A DNA stretch of 63,356 nucleotides, the filler included, from Rhabdomonas costata (lineage: Eukaryota): NCBI GenBank assembly GCA_019059605.1. It is 26 parts of 26 records of this genome, joined end to end, with 100 filler letters (N's around TTAATTAATTAA, not from the genome) between each part and the next. Parts side by side here need not be neighbours in the genome. Positions count along the whole stretch, not along the records: positions 36,629 to 38,969 come from JAHMHO010003930.1; positions 39,070 to 41,410 come from JAHMHO010003931.1; positions 41,511 to 43,850 come from JAHMHO010003932.1; positions 43,951 to 46,290 come from JAHMHO010003933.1; positions 46,391 to 48,727 come from JAHMHO010003934.1; positions 48,828 to 51,166 come from JAHMHO010003935.1; 20 more parts are not named here. One strand, written 5' to 3'. The notes beneath the pieces are model-generated. The model made no database searches. It was not told the origin of the DNA and was given only the letters and a program-made list of their open reading frames with translations. Shown in pieces: positions 36,629 through 49,525 of the stretch; positions within the stretch are counted from its first letter, which is position 1, and every line of letters starts with the position of its first letter. A program made the translations under genes and the position numbers.

Positions 36629-38969
36629 GTGGGGTTGGGGGGTTTGTGACAGAAGAATCTGTATCGAATGAGTCCATCAAAGTGGAGGCACGCTGCGACT
36701 GCGACTCAGGGTTCCGATGAGAGGCAACGGCAGGGGATGGATGAGAGGCAATTGAATGTGTCTCATCGGCGGGAACAGAAGGCAGGCTGCAGACTGAGCT
36801 GCATATCACAGTGCTCGGGGGTTTAACGGAGGTTTGTTCCTCGGTCACCAAGTCTTGCTCAACCGTTCCCCGGCTTTGTACAAGAGCAGCAGTTGGAAGA
36901 GAGTCTGATTTTGTTCCCGATACTTTCCTTGGCTTCACAACCTTGGCGCCGTCAGGCGCAGAATCATCCGCACACTTCGGCTTCAATTTCCTCGCACTTT
37001 TCTTTGAAGACGATCCTGTCCTCTTTGCTCTGGAATGTTCTGCATTTCCTTCCTTCTGCCGGCCTGACGATATGACCTCATTCTGCTCCATGATTAGGGC
37101 CTTTTCTTGCTGCTCAGCTTCGGCTTTTAACCGATCCATAAGCTCAGAAATGGCCAGCTTTTCATCAGTGCACATTTGAACGCGTGCATCATTTTCCCCA
37201 CAATCTGTTTTCTCACGACACTGCTGCTCATCCAGCATGAATTTTTTTGTTTGCTCAGCGTCATCCTTGATCTTCTGTTTTTCCCTCTTTCTCTGCAGCT
37301 TCACAATCTCGCGCTGGACACGCTTCATTGATGCGGACTCAAGTCGAACTGACTCCCACCACGAATTCTCTATCTCAAGCCGAGCTGTGCTTTCACCGTC
37401 GTGAAAGTCGCGGTTCTGATCTTCAAAATGCTTCCTCAACTTCTCTGCTCCTTCTTCAGCCAAAAGAATCTTTCTTGCAGCTTGTGCTCTTTCATTTTCC
37501 CAAAGCAGCGCCGAAAAGGTCCGTTCGGAGTTGACGATGCTTAAACGTTCGGAACTCTCACGAGCTTTGAAAATATCAAAGAAGGCAGACACAAGAATGA
37601 TCCCTAATTCAGCCAAGTAAGCCTCTACTCTTGTTTTTCTTTCCATCGCTTCTTCATTTGCAAAAACTTGCTTTTCGAGGACTTCTAGGTCCATTTTCCC
37701 AGCGTTTCCATCTTCTTCAACTCTCTGCTCTTGGGCCGAAAGCTTGAGCTCTTCGAAGTCCTGCGAATAGTCCTGATCGTCTCCTGCTCCGGACTTTTCC
37801 GCTTCGACACAACGCTGGTCTTGGGATTCCTTTGCTCCCTGTTCTGGAGCCGAAAGCTTGAGCTCTTCGAAGTCCTGCGAATAGTCCTGATCGTCTCCTG
37901 CTCCGGACTTTTCCGCTTCGAATCCACCTTGATCTTGGGATTCCTTTGCTTTCTGCTCTTGGGCCGAAAGCTTGAGCTCTTCGAAGTCCTGGGAATACTC
38001 TTGCTCCTCGCCAGCGTCAATAACTGGGATTTGGAGTTCCTCCTGCTCTTGAGCTTCTCCGGCTCTTTGATCTTGGGCCTGGAGCTCCGTCCCCTGAAAA
38101 TCATCATGAAGGCCTTGATCTTCTTCACATCCCTGCCGCTGAACTTGGGTCATGCGATTACCTGGATGTTCTTCAGCCGTCAGAGCATCGGCTTGGCGCC
38201 GCGGGCCTCTTTGGTCTTGTTCGCCTCGTTCCTCATTGTGAACAGGATGTTCGATCTGCTGAAATCCTTGAGGATGCACAACGTCTTTGCCAACATCAAC
38301 ACTGTGGGTATCTAGCGTTTCCTGGGTCGAAAGCTTCATCTCCTGAAAATCATTACGGTGGCCTTGACGTTCTTCAGGTGCGTGATCCTGAGGAAGATGT
38401 CCCCGATAACCTGTATCTTCATCGGGTTTCTGAATGCCTTGGCGCTCTTCTCTCGGTTCAAGGGCAAGAAGTTCCTGACTTTCACAGTGATGGTTTTCTG
38501 GAAGTTCCTTCCGCCGCGGGACGTCATGGCTGGCGACTGAATGCCGCGAGACCATGGTGTTCGCCTCAAAAACGACGTCCTGAAACTTCTCTTTGGTATG
38601 GAGCTCACAGTCCTTTTCCCTGCAGATGCTTGATTCTCGAGGAAGCCTTTCATCCGAAGCATCCATTGAATCTTTATCCAGCCCCAGCGAAAACATCAAG
38701 AGATCCGAACGGCTGTTTGATGGCCCTTCGCTCACACCACCAGGGTTTGGGGTGTGCTCATCTCCATGAGTATGCTCTCCAGCTGGTTTGATGTCAGCTT
38801 TCCACGAGAAGTCTTCAGCAGCATCGTCATCAAAGGAATGACTTGAACATCCAAACGAGGGTGCATCGCCAGAGTAAGGAGACTTGGCGTCGGAATGCAC
38901 GTGAGGACCTTCGGATGCTGCTTCAGAAGAGGTGGGTCTTCCCGAGATGATGTTCTTTGAACCAACCAC
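36629..38969 (-). CDS. Large acidic low-complexity/coiled-coil protein; single open exon spanning the whole contig
   Basis: About 780 codons without a stop, E/Q/D/S-rich, with internal repeats and ExxxRxxxxxxE coiled-coil segments. Confidence 0.8.
37728..38005 (-). repeat. 114-nt (38-aa) coding tandem repeat, about 2.5 copies
   Basis: agcttgagctcttcgaagtcctg starts at 37741, 37855 and 37969. The peptide core is YSQDFEELKLSAxEQ. Confidence 0.9.
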
Positions 38970-39657
38970 NNNNNNNNNNNNNNNNNNNNNNNNNNNNNNN
39001 NNNNNNNNNNNNNTTAATTAATTAANNNNNNNNNNNNNNNNNNNNNNNNNNNNNNNNNNNNNNNNNNNNGGTGGGGAGCTCGCTTAAGGTCGTTGCACCC
39101 CCGGCCCTTAATCACTGCGAGCACCTGGAAGAAAAACGAGCAAGGTGGGGAACCTGGTGGTTTCTATTTCCGCTCGCAATATTAAACTCACAGGGTCACA
39201 AAATGAACGTGGGCGGCAAATTTGGCAAATTTGGCCCTTGGATGTCTTGTATGGAGGGTTACAGTCAGCTTCGCACAAGTACCCCGCAAGTACCACAGCA
39301 CGGCGACATGATGCATCAACCCTCGCTTTAGGCGTGGCAGCGGTGTTTGCGGGTGTACGTGTGGGGTATGAGGTATGTGTATTCGAGGTGTTCGGGGCCC
39401 AAGACCGGAGTCCCCACAGTCAAAGCCTGGAATTGGCAAGGGGGCGCTGTACGGATCTGCACTCTGAATCTGAATCTGAATCGTGCCAACCGTCCCCCCT
39501 CCCTTCACTCAGGGTTCGGTTCTGTTCCATTACCTCTTTGCCTCACTTTCTTTCCTGCTCACAGATCTGCCCCCGTGTGAATTGGGTTGAATTTTCCATC
39601 CTTCAACTTGGACGAACGGACGGACGCCAGTCTGTGGGATTCTGCGCTCCACTATAG

Positions 39658-39909
39658 GTGGCTACGGCAGCGCCTGTGTTCTCTCCTGGGGCGACTGCTG
39701 GAGGAAATGCGGCATCGGTGATCAGCGCGGCGCAAGGCCCTCCTAGTTACACGCCTGCTGAAGCCCCCGAAGCCACGCCTCCGCCCTCCTTTGTAGCGGT
39801 AGTTCAGAACCGCCTGGCGGAGCTTCGCAGGGAGCAGGAAGCCCTCTCCGAGATCTTGACCTACCTTCACATCAGCAACAACGCGGATTCTGGCCCCCCA
39901 CCACAATGA
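39658..39909 (+). CDS. Terminal exon of an unknown protein (A/P-rich linker plus short coiled coil)
   Basis: ctatag acceptor, then VATAAPVF...VQNRLAELRREQEALSEILTYLHISNNADSGPPPQ*. Confidence 0.55.
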   Translation: MATAAPVFSPGATAGGNAASVISAAQGPPSYTPAEAPEATPPPSFVAVVQNRLAELRREQEALSEILTYLHISNNADSGPPPQ

Positions 39910-41925
39910 CTGAACGGGATCAGTCATTGTCTGAGTGAGGTATTGTCTGATCTCGGGGTGCCTCAGTTCTTCTTCGGGTTGTTCTTCCTCCGTAAAATTT
40001 CCCCGCTCTCATGCCCACCGATGGCGATGGCGACGGACAGTTTGCCTTGCAACGGTTGATGAAATATATGGTGGTTGGTGTGGGAGGGATAGGTTCATCG
40101 GATAGATGGACGAATAGGCGAGCAAGCGTTCGGTGAATATACACGTATAGACGTATGTACGCCCTTATGGGGGAGGGGCATATTTGTGGGGGATAAAGAA
40201 GTAGCTAATTTGTTCTTGTGAAGATGGTACCGCACATACTGTTTTGACCTGATCCCCTCTCCCAGGTCACAGTGCCATGATATGCCAATCACACAAACCG
40301 AAAGCTGTCAAGCCATAGGAAACTTTTTTTGGGGGGAAACTCTTGAATTCCTTCTCTTCAACTCTGCATTACTTTCGCACCCATTCTCTCTTTGTGTCAC
40401 CTTTCAGAGTGGCTGCGGCGAAACTTCCTCATTCGTGGTGCAGGCAGGAAGACGCCTTCCTCCTTTTTAAGCGTGGCTCGTACCATGGCTTGCCTCCTAA
40501 ACAACGATCTCATCACAGCCAAACGATGCCCGCTGGAAGACAGCGACCCATTTGCGCGCCATTTCTCTTGAGCTCACTACTGTGTTTCTCTCTGATTGTT
40601 CGTGTACCACTTGTTCCAGTTCTGAAGCAGAACATGCATCTGTGCGCGCGCAAGCCTCACTCCTCGCATATGTGCTCTATTGGTTCTGCGTGAGAAATTC
40701 ACGGGGGCACCATCCGCAGCGTTGTAGCATCCGCCGCACTCCTTCGCATTGGCTACTGGCCCTTTTCTCATCCTCCATATATATTTTCCTTCTCCGTACC
40801 AGATGATAACTGCACACCTGTGGAAACACCTGAGATTTTTTTTCGTGCGCTTGTGTCCACTTTTCCCCCGTTTCGGTTCCCTCTGGGGGGGTTTCTTAGC
40901 TTGAACGGTGAACATTGCTGTGGGCTTGCGGTGCTCGGCTATTGCATCTCTGTGTGCGCCCTCACCTGCCACAGGCTGTTTGTAGAGGTCGGTCGGGTGG
41001 TGAGGATCAAAAGCAGGGGCGCAGTCCCCCGCGAAATCAATGCCTCAGACTCATATGGATAGACACGAGTTCAGAGCGTTGCAGACTGGCCAGGCCATCG
41101 CCACTCGCAGCCTCCTCTCATGACTCCACTGATGACTTTCTCGGCATCCTGTGCAAAGCCTCCCTTTCTCCCTGATACCTCCTCCCTCACTCCGCCACTC
41201 AATCGGTCTCCTTCACTTTTTTCCTTCTTTCACTTTTCATGCCCTGCGAGATGTTCTGTAGCCCCCGCCCGTGCTGACAACATCCCAGGGTTTTATGCCA
41301 ACCTTTGCCCTGCACCCTTTCTCTTTTCTGCACTCCCCTGCCTTCTGCCACTAGGATATGATGAACTGCTGCCTTTTTTCTGTCCGTGTGTGGCTACTGC
41401 CCACCACCACNNNNNNNNNNNNNNNNNNNNNNNNNNNNNNNNNNNNNNNNNNNNTTAATTAATTAANNNNNNNNNNNNNNNNNNNNNNNNNNNNNNNNNN
41501 NNNNNNNNNNACAATTGTGTGGGGGGGGGGGTTCACGTTTAGCAGTTCCAAACAATTGGGTCACAACGCAAGGGCACCAGTACCACCAGAATCTTCAGTT
41601 GTGACCTCAGAATATCCCTCAGCCGAGGAGCTCTCGCTAAGCACACTCCGTGGCAATGGCTTCGTTCGAAACAAAGACGTAAGAAAGCACCCGAATTCTT
41701 CGATTATGTGGCGCGTTTCATCTCAAAAATAGAGGTTCCCACGCAAGCAAGCAAAACTTCGAGGAAAATCGCACTTCAAAATGAACAGTTTCCTTCAATA
41801 AACCAACCGCAACCACTGTCAAAAAAAAACCCGGGGGATTCTCGGAAGCACAGGTGTTGTTCTCTGGTATGAAACAATGTTTCAGGGAGGTAGGCAGACT
41901 TTGGAAGAAACAGTTCGGAGCATGC

Positions 41926-43644
41926 CTGAAGCTTCAGCTGATAGTCCACGTCCACATCGGACTTCAGGTTCTCCACGCGGTGGATCACCCATTCCCCCCT
42001 CCGGTACTCACCCTCCTGCATCCCCCGCAAAACAGCAGCCTCAGCATGTGTGTGCACAGCTGCGAAGGAGGGAGAGCAATGAAATGCGAAAGCCTCAGAC
42101 CTGTTTGAACTTGTCCCCGAACAGGTAGAGCCCGCGGCCGAAGGGCTTGAAGTTCTTAAAGATACCGTAGTACGTCACTCCCCCCGAAAGAACCCATTTT
42201 CCGGAGGTAAAGTCACCTTTGTATTGAGGACATTGTGTGAAAGGCTGGGACGACTGAATTTGGAAGGAAAAATGAGCGCTTCCAAACTAGTTCCTAACAA
42301 GTGGTCACACAGGCAGTGTGTATCGATCAGGTGAATGAACAGAGAGTTCCATTTTCTCAGGCAGCTTTCACCTCATACCAAACCTGCGGGGTGAAAACGC
42401 AGGAATGTCATTGAAAGAAAGGTCATCGCCGTCATGCATCCACAATCCCGACAAGGTGAGTGAAAGACCCAGGCAATACGGTAGCCATCTTTTGAGCCAT
42501 AGGTTTCTACAGTCCCAAAATGACGGCGCAAAACCTCGACGGAACGTCCCAACGTAGGACGAGGAGTCAGCGGCGAAAGTGTAGGTGCCTTGGCCTTCTC
42601 GCTGATCATCTTCCCAGTCACCATCATAAGTGTCACCTGGAAAAAGAAAAGAAAAGAGGCCGGGGGTTTAGCGGGTTGTTGGTTTGGGTGACTGGGATTC
42701 AAATAGATCTGAATGTCTGATGAATCTCTGGGCCAAGGCAGTGGGATGGAGATGCAGCTGAATGGGGGAAGGGAATTCTGGGTTCTGTGTGCCAGGGAGA
42801 CCAACACGAAACCAGAGCTAACGATGCTGCGACAGGGGGCAGGAATGGGATGCACACCGTTGATGTAGGTGTAGCGACCGCGGCCGTTCTTCTTGTCCCT
42901 CGCCCAGGCACCATAGTACCGCCCCCCGTCAGCATACACCATTCGGCCCAAGCCCCAGCGCACGTCGCGGCGCCACTCACCTGTAGAAATGCCCACGGAA
43001 AAAGGGCGGCGCTTGAAGCTTTCCGCGGGGTCCCGCGGGGGCATCCAAAACCCACAAGATTTTGGCAGCGTACATATCAGCAGTATCCGCACACCCAACA
43101 GGTACTTGCATTGCAAGTGAAAGTCGCTCCACACAACGCACGTAAATCACAGTGACATATAAAGAAGCAATGCAAAAAAGGGGATTCAGTATTTGCACAT
43201 CAGCTCGCATCCTGCTCACTGTCCTGTATGCAGATGGGGAAACTGTGGCGTTATGCTGAAACCTGTGGCACTGTGTCATCGGCGGCTTCTGTGGCCCTCG
43301 CCCGAAACCTCAAAAGACTGTCCTTCGAGGAAGCAAAGCGGAAGCCGAAGCAAGGAGCGAGCGGATTCAGTCGGACGGAGGGAGCAAGGAGCAAGGAGTT
43401 ATCAACAAATTGAAATCAACTCCTACTTCACTTCTCGCCTCCTCGTTGCACATAAGTGTACAGCTACAGCAAAGCCAGACGTACCAGTGTAGATGTTTGC
43501 TTCCTTGGCCCAGAAGTACGTCCCCAGACCCTCCCTCTTGTTGTTCAGGTATTCCCCGATGTAGATGTCGCCGTTCACGAACAGCGTCTGGCCCAGGCCC
43601 GTTTTGTTGCCTGCCTCGTCGCGGCCGCCCTCGTAAATGCCCAA
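41926..43644 (-). CDS. MORN-repeat protein, radial spoke head 1-like (exons 43644-43485, 42980-42858, 42636-42535, 42216-42101, 42015-~41926)
   Basis: LGIYEGGRDEAGNKTGLGQTLFVNGDIYIGEY... and consecutive YxGxWxxxxxxGxGxYxF repeats. All splice phases are consistent, and the start matches RSPH1 (GxYEGGRxEAG). Confidence 0.85.
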
Positions 43645-43950
43645 CTGGAGCAAAGGGAACAACCGCTGCAACACACCCCATAGTTAACAGTTGCCGAAGG
43701 ACGACGGCAGCGGTCGCCATTGATCATGAAGGAAAAAGAAGAAAAAAGATCGGAAATTGCCAATATGTATTTGGTTGTAGTTTTTCAGCTTTCATTAAAC
43801 AAAGCAGCACGACACTAAGCGGTCGAACATAACGAGTCACCACCCACAAANNNNNNNNNNNNNNNNNNNNNNNNNNNNNNNNNNNNNNNNNNNNTTAATT
43901 AATTAANNNNNNNNNNNNNNNNNNNNNNNNNNNNNNNNNNNNNNNNNNNN

Positions 43951-44637
43951 ACTGCAGAAAGGAGCCAACTCAATGGGGAGAAGGGAGGGGGCGGAAATCA
44001 GGAGCCAGTAGCCAGCAGCCAAGCCAAGGATCGCTTCCACATTACACACGACGTGGAGAGAAAGGGACTGCTGGTTTTTGGTGATTACCACGGTTTCCGC
44101 TGGAAACGCAGGAGCAACAGGTGGTCATAAAGCGTTGCCAGTGGTCGGCGGAGCACGGGGGCACATGGAAGTCAACTTTTCAAAATTGTTCCACTGGCTC
44201 GCCGAGTGAAGCCCGCCTGTGCAACTGCTTGTGTATCCTGCCAAAAAAAACGCCGACATATGAAAAGGACAAAACTGTTGACAATCGTTGGCTAAGTCTC
44301 TGGCAGCTTTGCATTCATTGCCATTCCCAGACCCACCTCCGCACTCAAAGGGTTATCGCTCCCAGACGTTTGGGTGATTAGCAAAGGCAGCGCTTTAAGG
44401 TTGTCAAATGAAACAAATACGCTGTGGCTTGCGGGGAAGAATCAGAAAATGTGACCAGTCGGATAGCTCACGTTCGCGGGAGCCAGGCAGCACATGGAGA
44501 CACGTAGCGGACTGTAACTGCAGAAAGGAGCCAACTCAATGGGGAGAAGGGAGGGGGCGGAAATCAGGAGCCAGTAGCCAGCAGCCAAGCCAAGGATCGC
44601 TTCCACATTACACACGACATGGAGAGAAAGGGACTGC
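43951..44637. repeat. 121-nt direct repeat (43951-44071 and 44517-44637, 1 mismatch)
   Basis: Direct comparison. The period is 566 nt and the first copy is truncated by the contig start. Confidence 0.9.
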
Positions 44638-45579
44638 CGGTCACAATGTGGAGACAGAGACATGGGCCAGGCGGAAACTATTCCAGACCCACACGTCCAG
44701 GAACAGAGAAAGTCCAGAAAGACGCCCGCCACCCCTTCCAACCGTGCAGGGACTTTTCCAGGTCTCCATACTCACAGCCCTCACTCTCCAAACCCGACGA
44801 ACCAGAAACCCGAGGGAGATGTTGACTGAACGATCAATACTTTCCACGGTACCAAGCTAGTCAACGCCAAACGGAAAAAAAAACAAAAAACCGAGACCAG
44901 GGAGTTGCTCCTTCTCACCCCTCCTCACCCGTTTCCTCATCCCAGACTACCTCGGGTCACCTCAAGTCAGCCCACTGTGAGTTATATAGCAAGCTCGTGG
45001 AAACCGTGTGGTTCACGAGCACTGACATTTTCCCACAGGAAAGGAACTGGCCACAGGTACCACGAAGAAGAACCCCAGAGAGGACCGGACATAGAAAGGA
45101 AAGGAGGGCGCGAGCCAGGCACGCCTGGCTGGCGTCAATTCCCTCGGAGGCTGAAAATCCCTCAAAATCCGATAGTAGTGTCCAAGAGCCGAGACCCACA
45201 ACCTGCCCCAACAAGAAGAGGCATCGACAGCAAAGCGTGATTTCAACTCAGGCTCATGTTACGGAATGAATAGACAGAATCAAACCGCGCGTTGAGTATG
45301 AGTGTGAACAAGGTCGTGAACACTGGAAGGCAGAGAAGCAACTCGCTGCGAGAGGTGAGAGTGCTCTTTTCCAGTCTCACAAATAAAATTAAGAAAAAGA
45401 CACACATAAAAAGAAATTAACAGAAGCCATAGGGAAGAAAGCGAGCAGGGCTCCTGACTCCCCCATTTTGGTGCATCGTTCCTTTTGAGGTCTCCCCATC
45501 AGCAGAAAGAGTTGGCTCATTTTGTCCGGGTTCCGTGCGCCTTTCAGTGACTACGCCACCGACGCACCACCCAGACCAC

Positions 45580-45922
45580 TCAGTCTCCTTGGTTCTCAGG
45601 CTCAGGAGGAGAGGAGGGCTCCGTAAAGCGCGACAGGAAGGAGAAGTCTCGGGGGTTGATAATCGTCGAGAGGATGCTGGGAATCAGCCCTGGCACGTAG
45701 GAGGACAGCGCGTGGAGGGAGAGCCACCACAGCTGCTGCACGCGGTGAAGGCTGAAACTGCCCCGCAAAATGTCGTTCTTGATGTCCAGTGGGTCCTGCA
45801 GCACCGCGGCGCCGCGGGCCATAGAATGGATCCGAAATATCGGGCAATCCCTGGCCGGAGCAATGACAATGTTCTGCAGGTTCGTCATCGAGAAGTACTG
45901 CAGGAAGCCAATGAGGCAGCAC
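45580..45922 (-). CDS. Non-canonical poly(A) polymerase (TRF4/PAPD5-like), terminal exon with PAP-associated domain
   Basis: CLIGFLQYFS...VLQDPLDIKNDILRGSFSLHRVQQLW...SILSTII fits the LLxxFxxYY / DPxxxxNDxxRxS / SxLxxII pattern. Confidence 0.7.
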
Positions 45923-46428
45923 CTGCATAAAGAGAAAGGAAACGGCGGAAGGAAGAAGGAGACACGAGGAGAAAAATTCAGAGACAGGTTTCCTTTTCTT
46001 CGACGGCTTTCAGACCACCCAAGAAAAAGCAGAAAAGAATGCCAACAAGAGACCGATCCCCTCGCGAAAAAGAAACGAGCCAGCTCAAGAGGCAAAAAAG
46101 GTCTCGGAAAACTCCGGCTCGGCAAAAAGTAGGTTTGACACAGTGACGATTGCTGCGTGCCGAGGGAATTTTCCGGTTTTGTGAAAGCACCTCCCAGAAA
46201 TACAAAACGAAAGGAATCAACCAGAAGAGCACAACTCACGCTTAAAAAATTCACAGATACCCGACGCTGTAGGGGTCCAGCGGGTCACCTNNNNNNNNNN
46301 NNNNNNNNNNNNNNNNNNNNNNNNNNNNNNNNNNTTAATTAATTAANNNNNNNNNNNNNNNNNNNNNNNNNNNNNNNNNNNNNNNNNNNNGGGGGGGGGG
46401 GGGCAGGGAAGCAAAATGGCATTGAAAC

Positions 46429-48704
46429 CTTCCTCGTACAGGGTCATCGCGTCTTCAAACGCGGCGTCTGCCGGGAACCGAGACCGAAGGTCTTCTTCCC
46501 CCAAGACGTACATCCACTCTTCATTAGTGGGGTCGGTGGGCGAGCCCCGCGGCAGCAGCCGGAACACCGTCAGTGAGGAGCAGGACCTGGGGCTGTCCGG
46601 GCTGTCCCCCACACAGAAGAAAACCTCATGAAGTACGCGTTTCTGCACAATCCTGAGCTTTTTCTCTCGAATGTGTTATATGCAGCGTTCTCATAAAAAC
46701 CTGCCGTGCTGATCACCGCACGCCTAAACCTTCCGCATTGGCATTACTCATGAACGCAGGTATTCTCTCGATAGTTGGCAAGAAAAAATGGAAAGAAAGG
46801 CCATGTGTGCATGTGCAGACCCGCGTCACGCTCTTCTGAATTTCAGGATAAATTATGCTTTAGTTGTTTGTCGGACACGCTTAGCTGCTTGCACCCTGTA
46901 TTCATTCATGGCTGGAAACCAAAGGCACCGCGAGTGACTAAGGCTTAATGAACTGCCCCACTCCTATTCAACACTTTGCGCGTTCGGGGAAACTGAAGCA
47001 GAAATTGGGGTGGGACAGCTTGGGCGTCCATCCAACGATATTTCGTGGCAGATCACCTCTTCGACTGGACTTCGGTGACCTGACCCTTGCCCTCCGCAAT
47101 CCTCTGCGGCAGCAGGGGATCTGAGCATGGCATACCAGGAGGTTCCACAGGTAGGTCGCAAAAAAGGGGATCCCGGGAGCAAAGCAGTGGTGGAGAGGCC
47201 CAAGTTGGACGATGGGCTGGCGTGCACGGGGCCTCGCACACGCGGAGACGTGGTGCTCAGCCGAAGGCCCACAGGAAGCTCCTCAGCGGGCACTAGGTCC
47301 ACCAGCGTGGCCCGGGCCATGTGCTCCACTTGGGCCTTCGTGGCGCGGTCGCAGACCACGCCCACGCCCAGCCGCCCGGCATGCCTGGCCAGGAAAAATG
47401 CCATGGCCACCTAAAGGAAGAATGCGATCCAAAACGTATCATGAACCTGAAATAAAAAACTGGAGGCGCTTACGGATTCACGAGCATACAAGCGTCTTGT
47501 GAAGGGGACTGTGCGTAGCTCTCTTGTGACGGGCACATGGTGGTTGGAGAGGTAGAAGGATATTAAAATGTTACAGTTTAATATCCTGTGCCACATCTCA
47601 ACGCGGAGACGCAGCCAGCCAACTCCTCGCAACAGCACCACCATACCACTATTTGAATCATAACCACTCTGGCTCGAGCTCTCCTGACCAAACCAGGAGC
47701 GGCCATCGGTTGCGTTGCCCAGCGAATAGGCAGCTGTTTGGGGAAGTGATCCAACCGTGGACTTCCTTCCCGTGAGGCCCCCCACGATTCGAAAAGAACC
47801 GGAGGGTCAGATGGGCCAACGAAAGGACCCCCACAAGCAACCAAAGAGAAAGAGCAGTACAAAAGCATTCCGGACCACTTGATGCCACGAAGCACCCCTG
47901 ATTTCAACATGAAAGCAAGTGTCAAACAGTCTTGGGTGAAAGCTTGACCTCAGTACGCAGCCCAATAAAAGCGCAAAAGTTAAACCCAAAGTCGAAAAAG
48001 GCTCACTTTGCCCATGGTAAACACTGCGACATCTGGAGGCTACGAAAAGCTGCCCGTGAAACTCATGAGGAAACAACCATACAGCCGGCCAGTTTGGTTC
48101 AAGGCATGAACGCGTGTCAACAGGCCCCCGAAAACAGGGCAAAGCCTCAGGCAAGAAAGTATATGCCCCCACTCTCTTTCGGGGGCTTTGCAAGGTGAGA
48201 GGGGACTGGGGTCTACGTCCACGCCTCCGGCCACTCCGGCCGCGCCGCGGCGCTGACGTTTATCACCCCCCCCCCCCAAAAAAAAGCGCATTGTCCCCTC
48301 TTTCGGAAGCTCTTGCTGAGGATAAGATACCACCGCAACGACGAGTTCACAATAACTGAGCGCCCACCGACGAAACCACGAGAAAGAAGAGAAAAGAACG
48401 CGAGTAACAACAAAAAGCATACCACGCTGCCAAAGATCTGAAAGCTCCGGTGATTGCCCGCCCCGACGTTACCGAAAAGTGCATTCCCCGAAGCCACAGC
48501 GGCCCGAACGCTGAGCCGCCAATCCTGAGAACCGGTGGAGGTGCCGGTAGCCACACCACCCGTGGCGGACGCAGCCCGGACCACTGCCAGGGCCGCGGAG
48601 CACGCTTTGCTCTGGTGGCTGGCCTGCCTGCTGGCGGCGTTCCAGTGCGAGAGGACTTTGTCGCCGACCACCTTGTCCACGACCCCTCCCGAGGCATTCA
48701 CTGC
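46429..48704 (-). CDS. Class III nucleotide-cyclase-like domain (degenerate), exons 48704-48423, 47410-~47242, 46586-46429
   Basis: GGVVDKVVGDKVLSHWNA...ACSAAL...VRAAVASGNALFGNVGAGNHRSFQIFGSV|VAMAFFL...; C-terminal EEWMYVL. The 3' end of the middle exon is uncertain. Confidence 0.75.
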
Positions 48705-49525
48705 CTGACACGAAAGAAACACACAACNNNNNNNNNNNNNNNNNNNNNNNNNNNNNNNNNNNNNNNNNNNNTTAATTAATTAANNNNNNNNNNNNNNNNN
48801 NNNNNNNNNNNNNNNNNNNNNNNNNNNGGCCGTGATCGCGCTGCTGCGCCGGCACCCCCGCGCCAGTGGTCTGGCGGCCACCCCTGTCCCTGCTCGGGCC
48901 AGGGAGTTTATCAAGCTGAACAGTGTGTATCTGGGACTTGCCAAGTATAGCTTTTGCACCCGCGGGCCCTCCCTTCCCAATCCTTTCCCCTGCAACTTTT
49001 GTCTCTTCCTTATTTGAAAAGTCGCCTGTCCAACCGCGAGGTGTTGGTAATGATACTTGCCCCTCCCCGCACCATTGAATCCAGAGAAAAAAGTCAAGGG
49101 AGAATAGTGACATCGTGGTGAAAGTTTATGGTATCCTGAGCTCTCATGGCGGACACTTTTTAAATGGGTAGTGTCTCCAACTTTCGATATTGCATGATGT
49201 TTTCTTTCCAATCTTTGGAGAAAGTTCACCTCAGTGGTTATTGGGCACTCATGTTGCAGCCCCATAGCACTTTTGTATTCGCCATCGTCTCAGGTGGTAT
49301 GGTTTTTTATGGGATGAGCCAGTTGTGGTGGGAAACAAGATAGTGGGTGTGAATTAATAGAGTGGCCAAAGGGACCGCCTTCATCAAAGGGCAGAGGACG
49401 ACCTCGCATGCTTTTTCTTCGTCCAAAAAGATCGCAAGTGGTTTTGTTAGAGAGTTAGCACACTCAACGAACATGCAATTGGTGAGCTGGTCTTGCATTG
49501 ACCTCATTCCTGTCTTGCACGGTAG

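Noticed and set aside
40975..41062. LFVEVGRVVRI resembling the ribosomal protein eL14 N-terminus
   Set aside because: The similarity stops after about 10 residues and the frame terminates.
41921..41930. Possible GC-AG intron donor after RSPH1-like exon 5
   Set aside because: The frame stays open beyond this point and no downstream exon can be confirmed.
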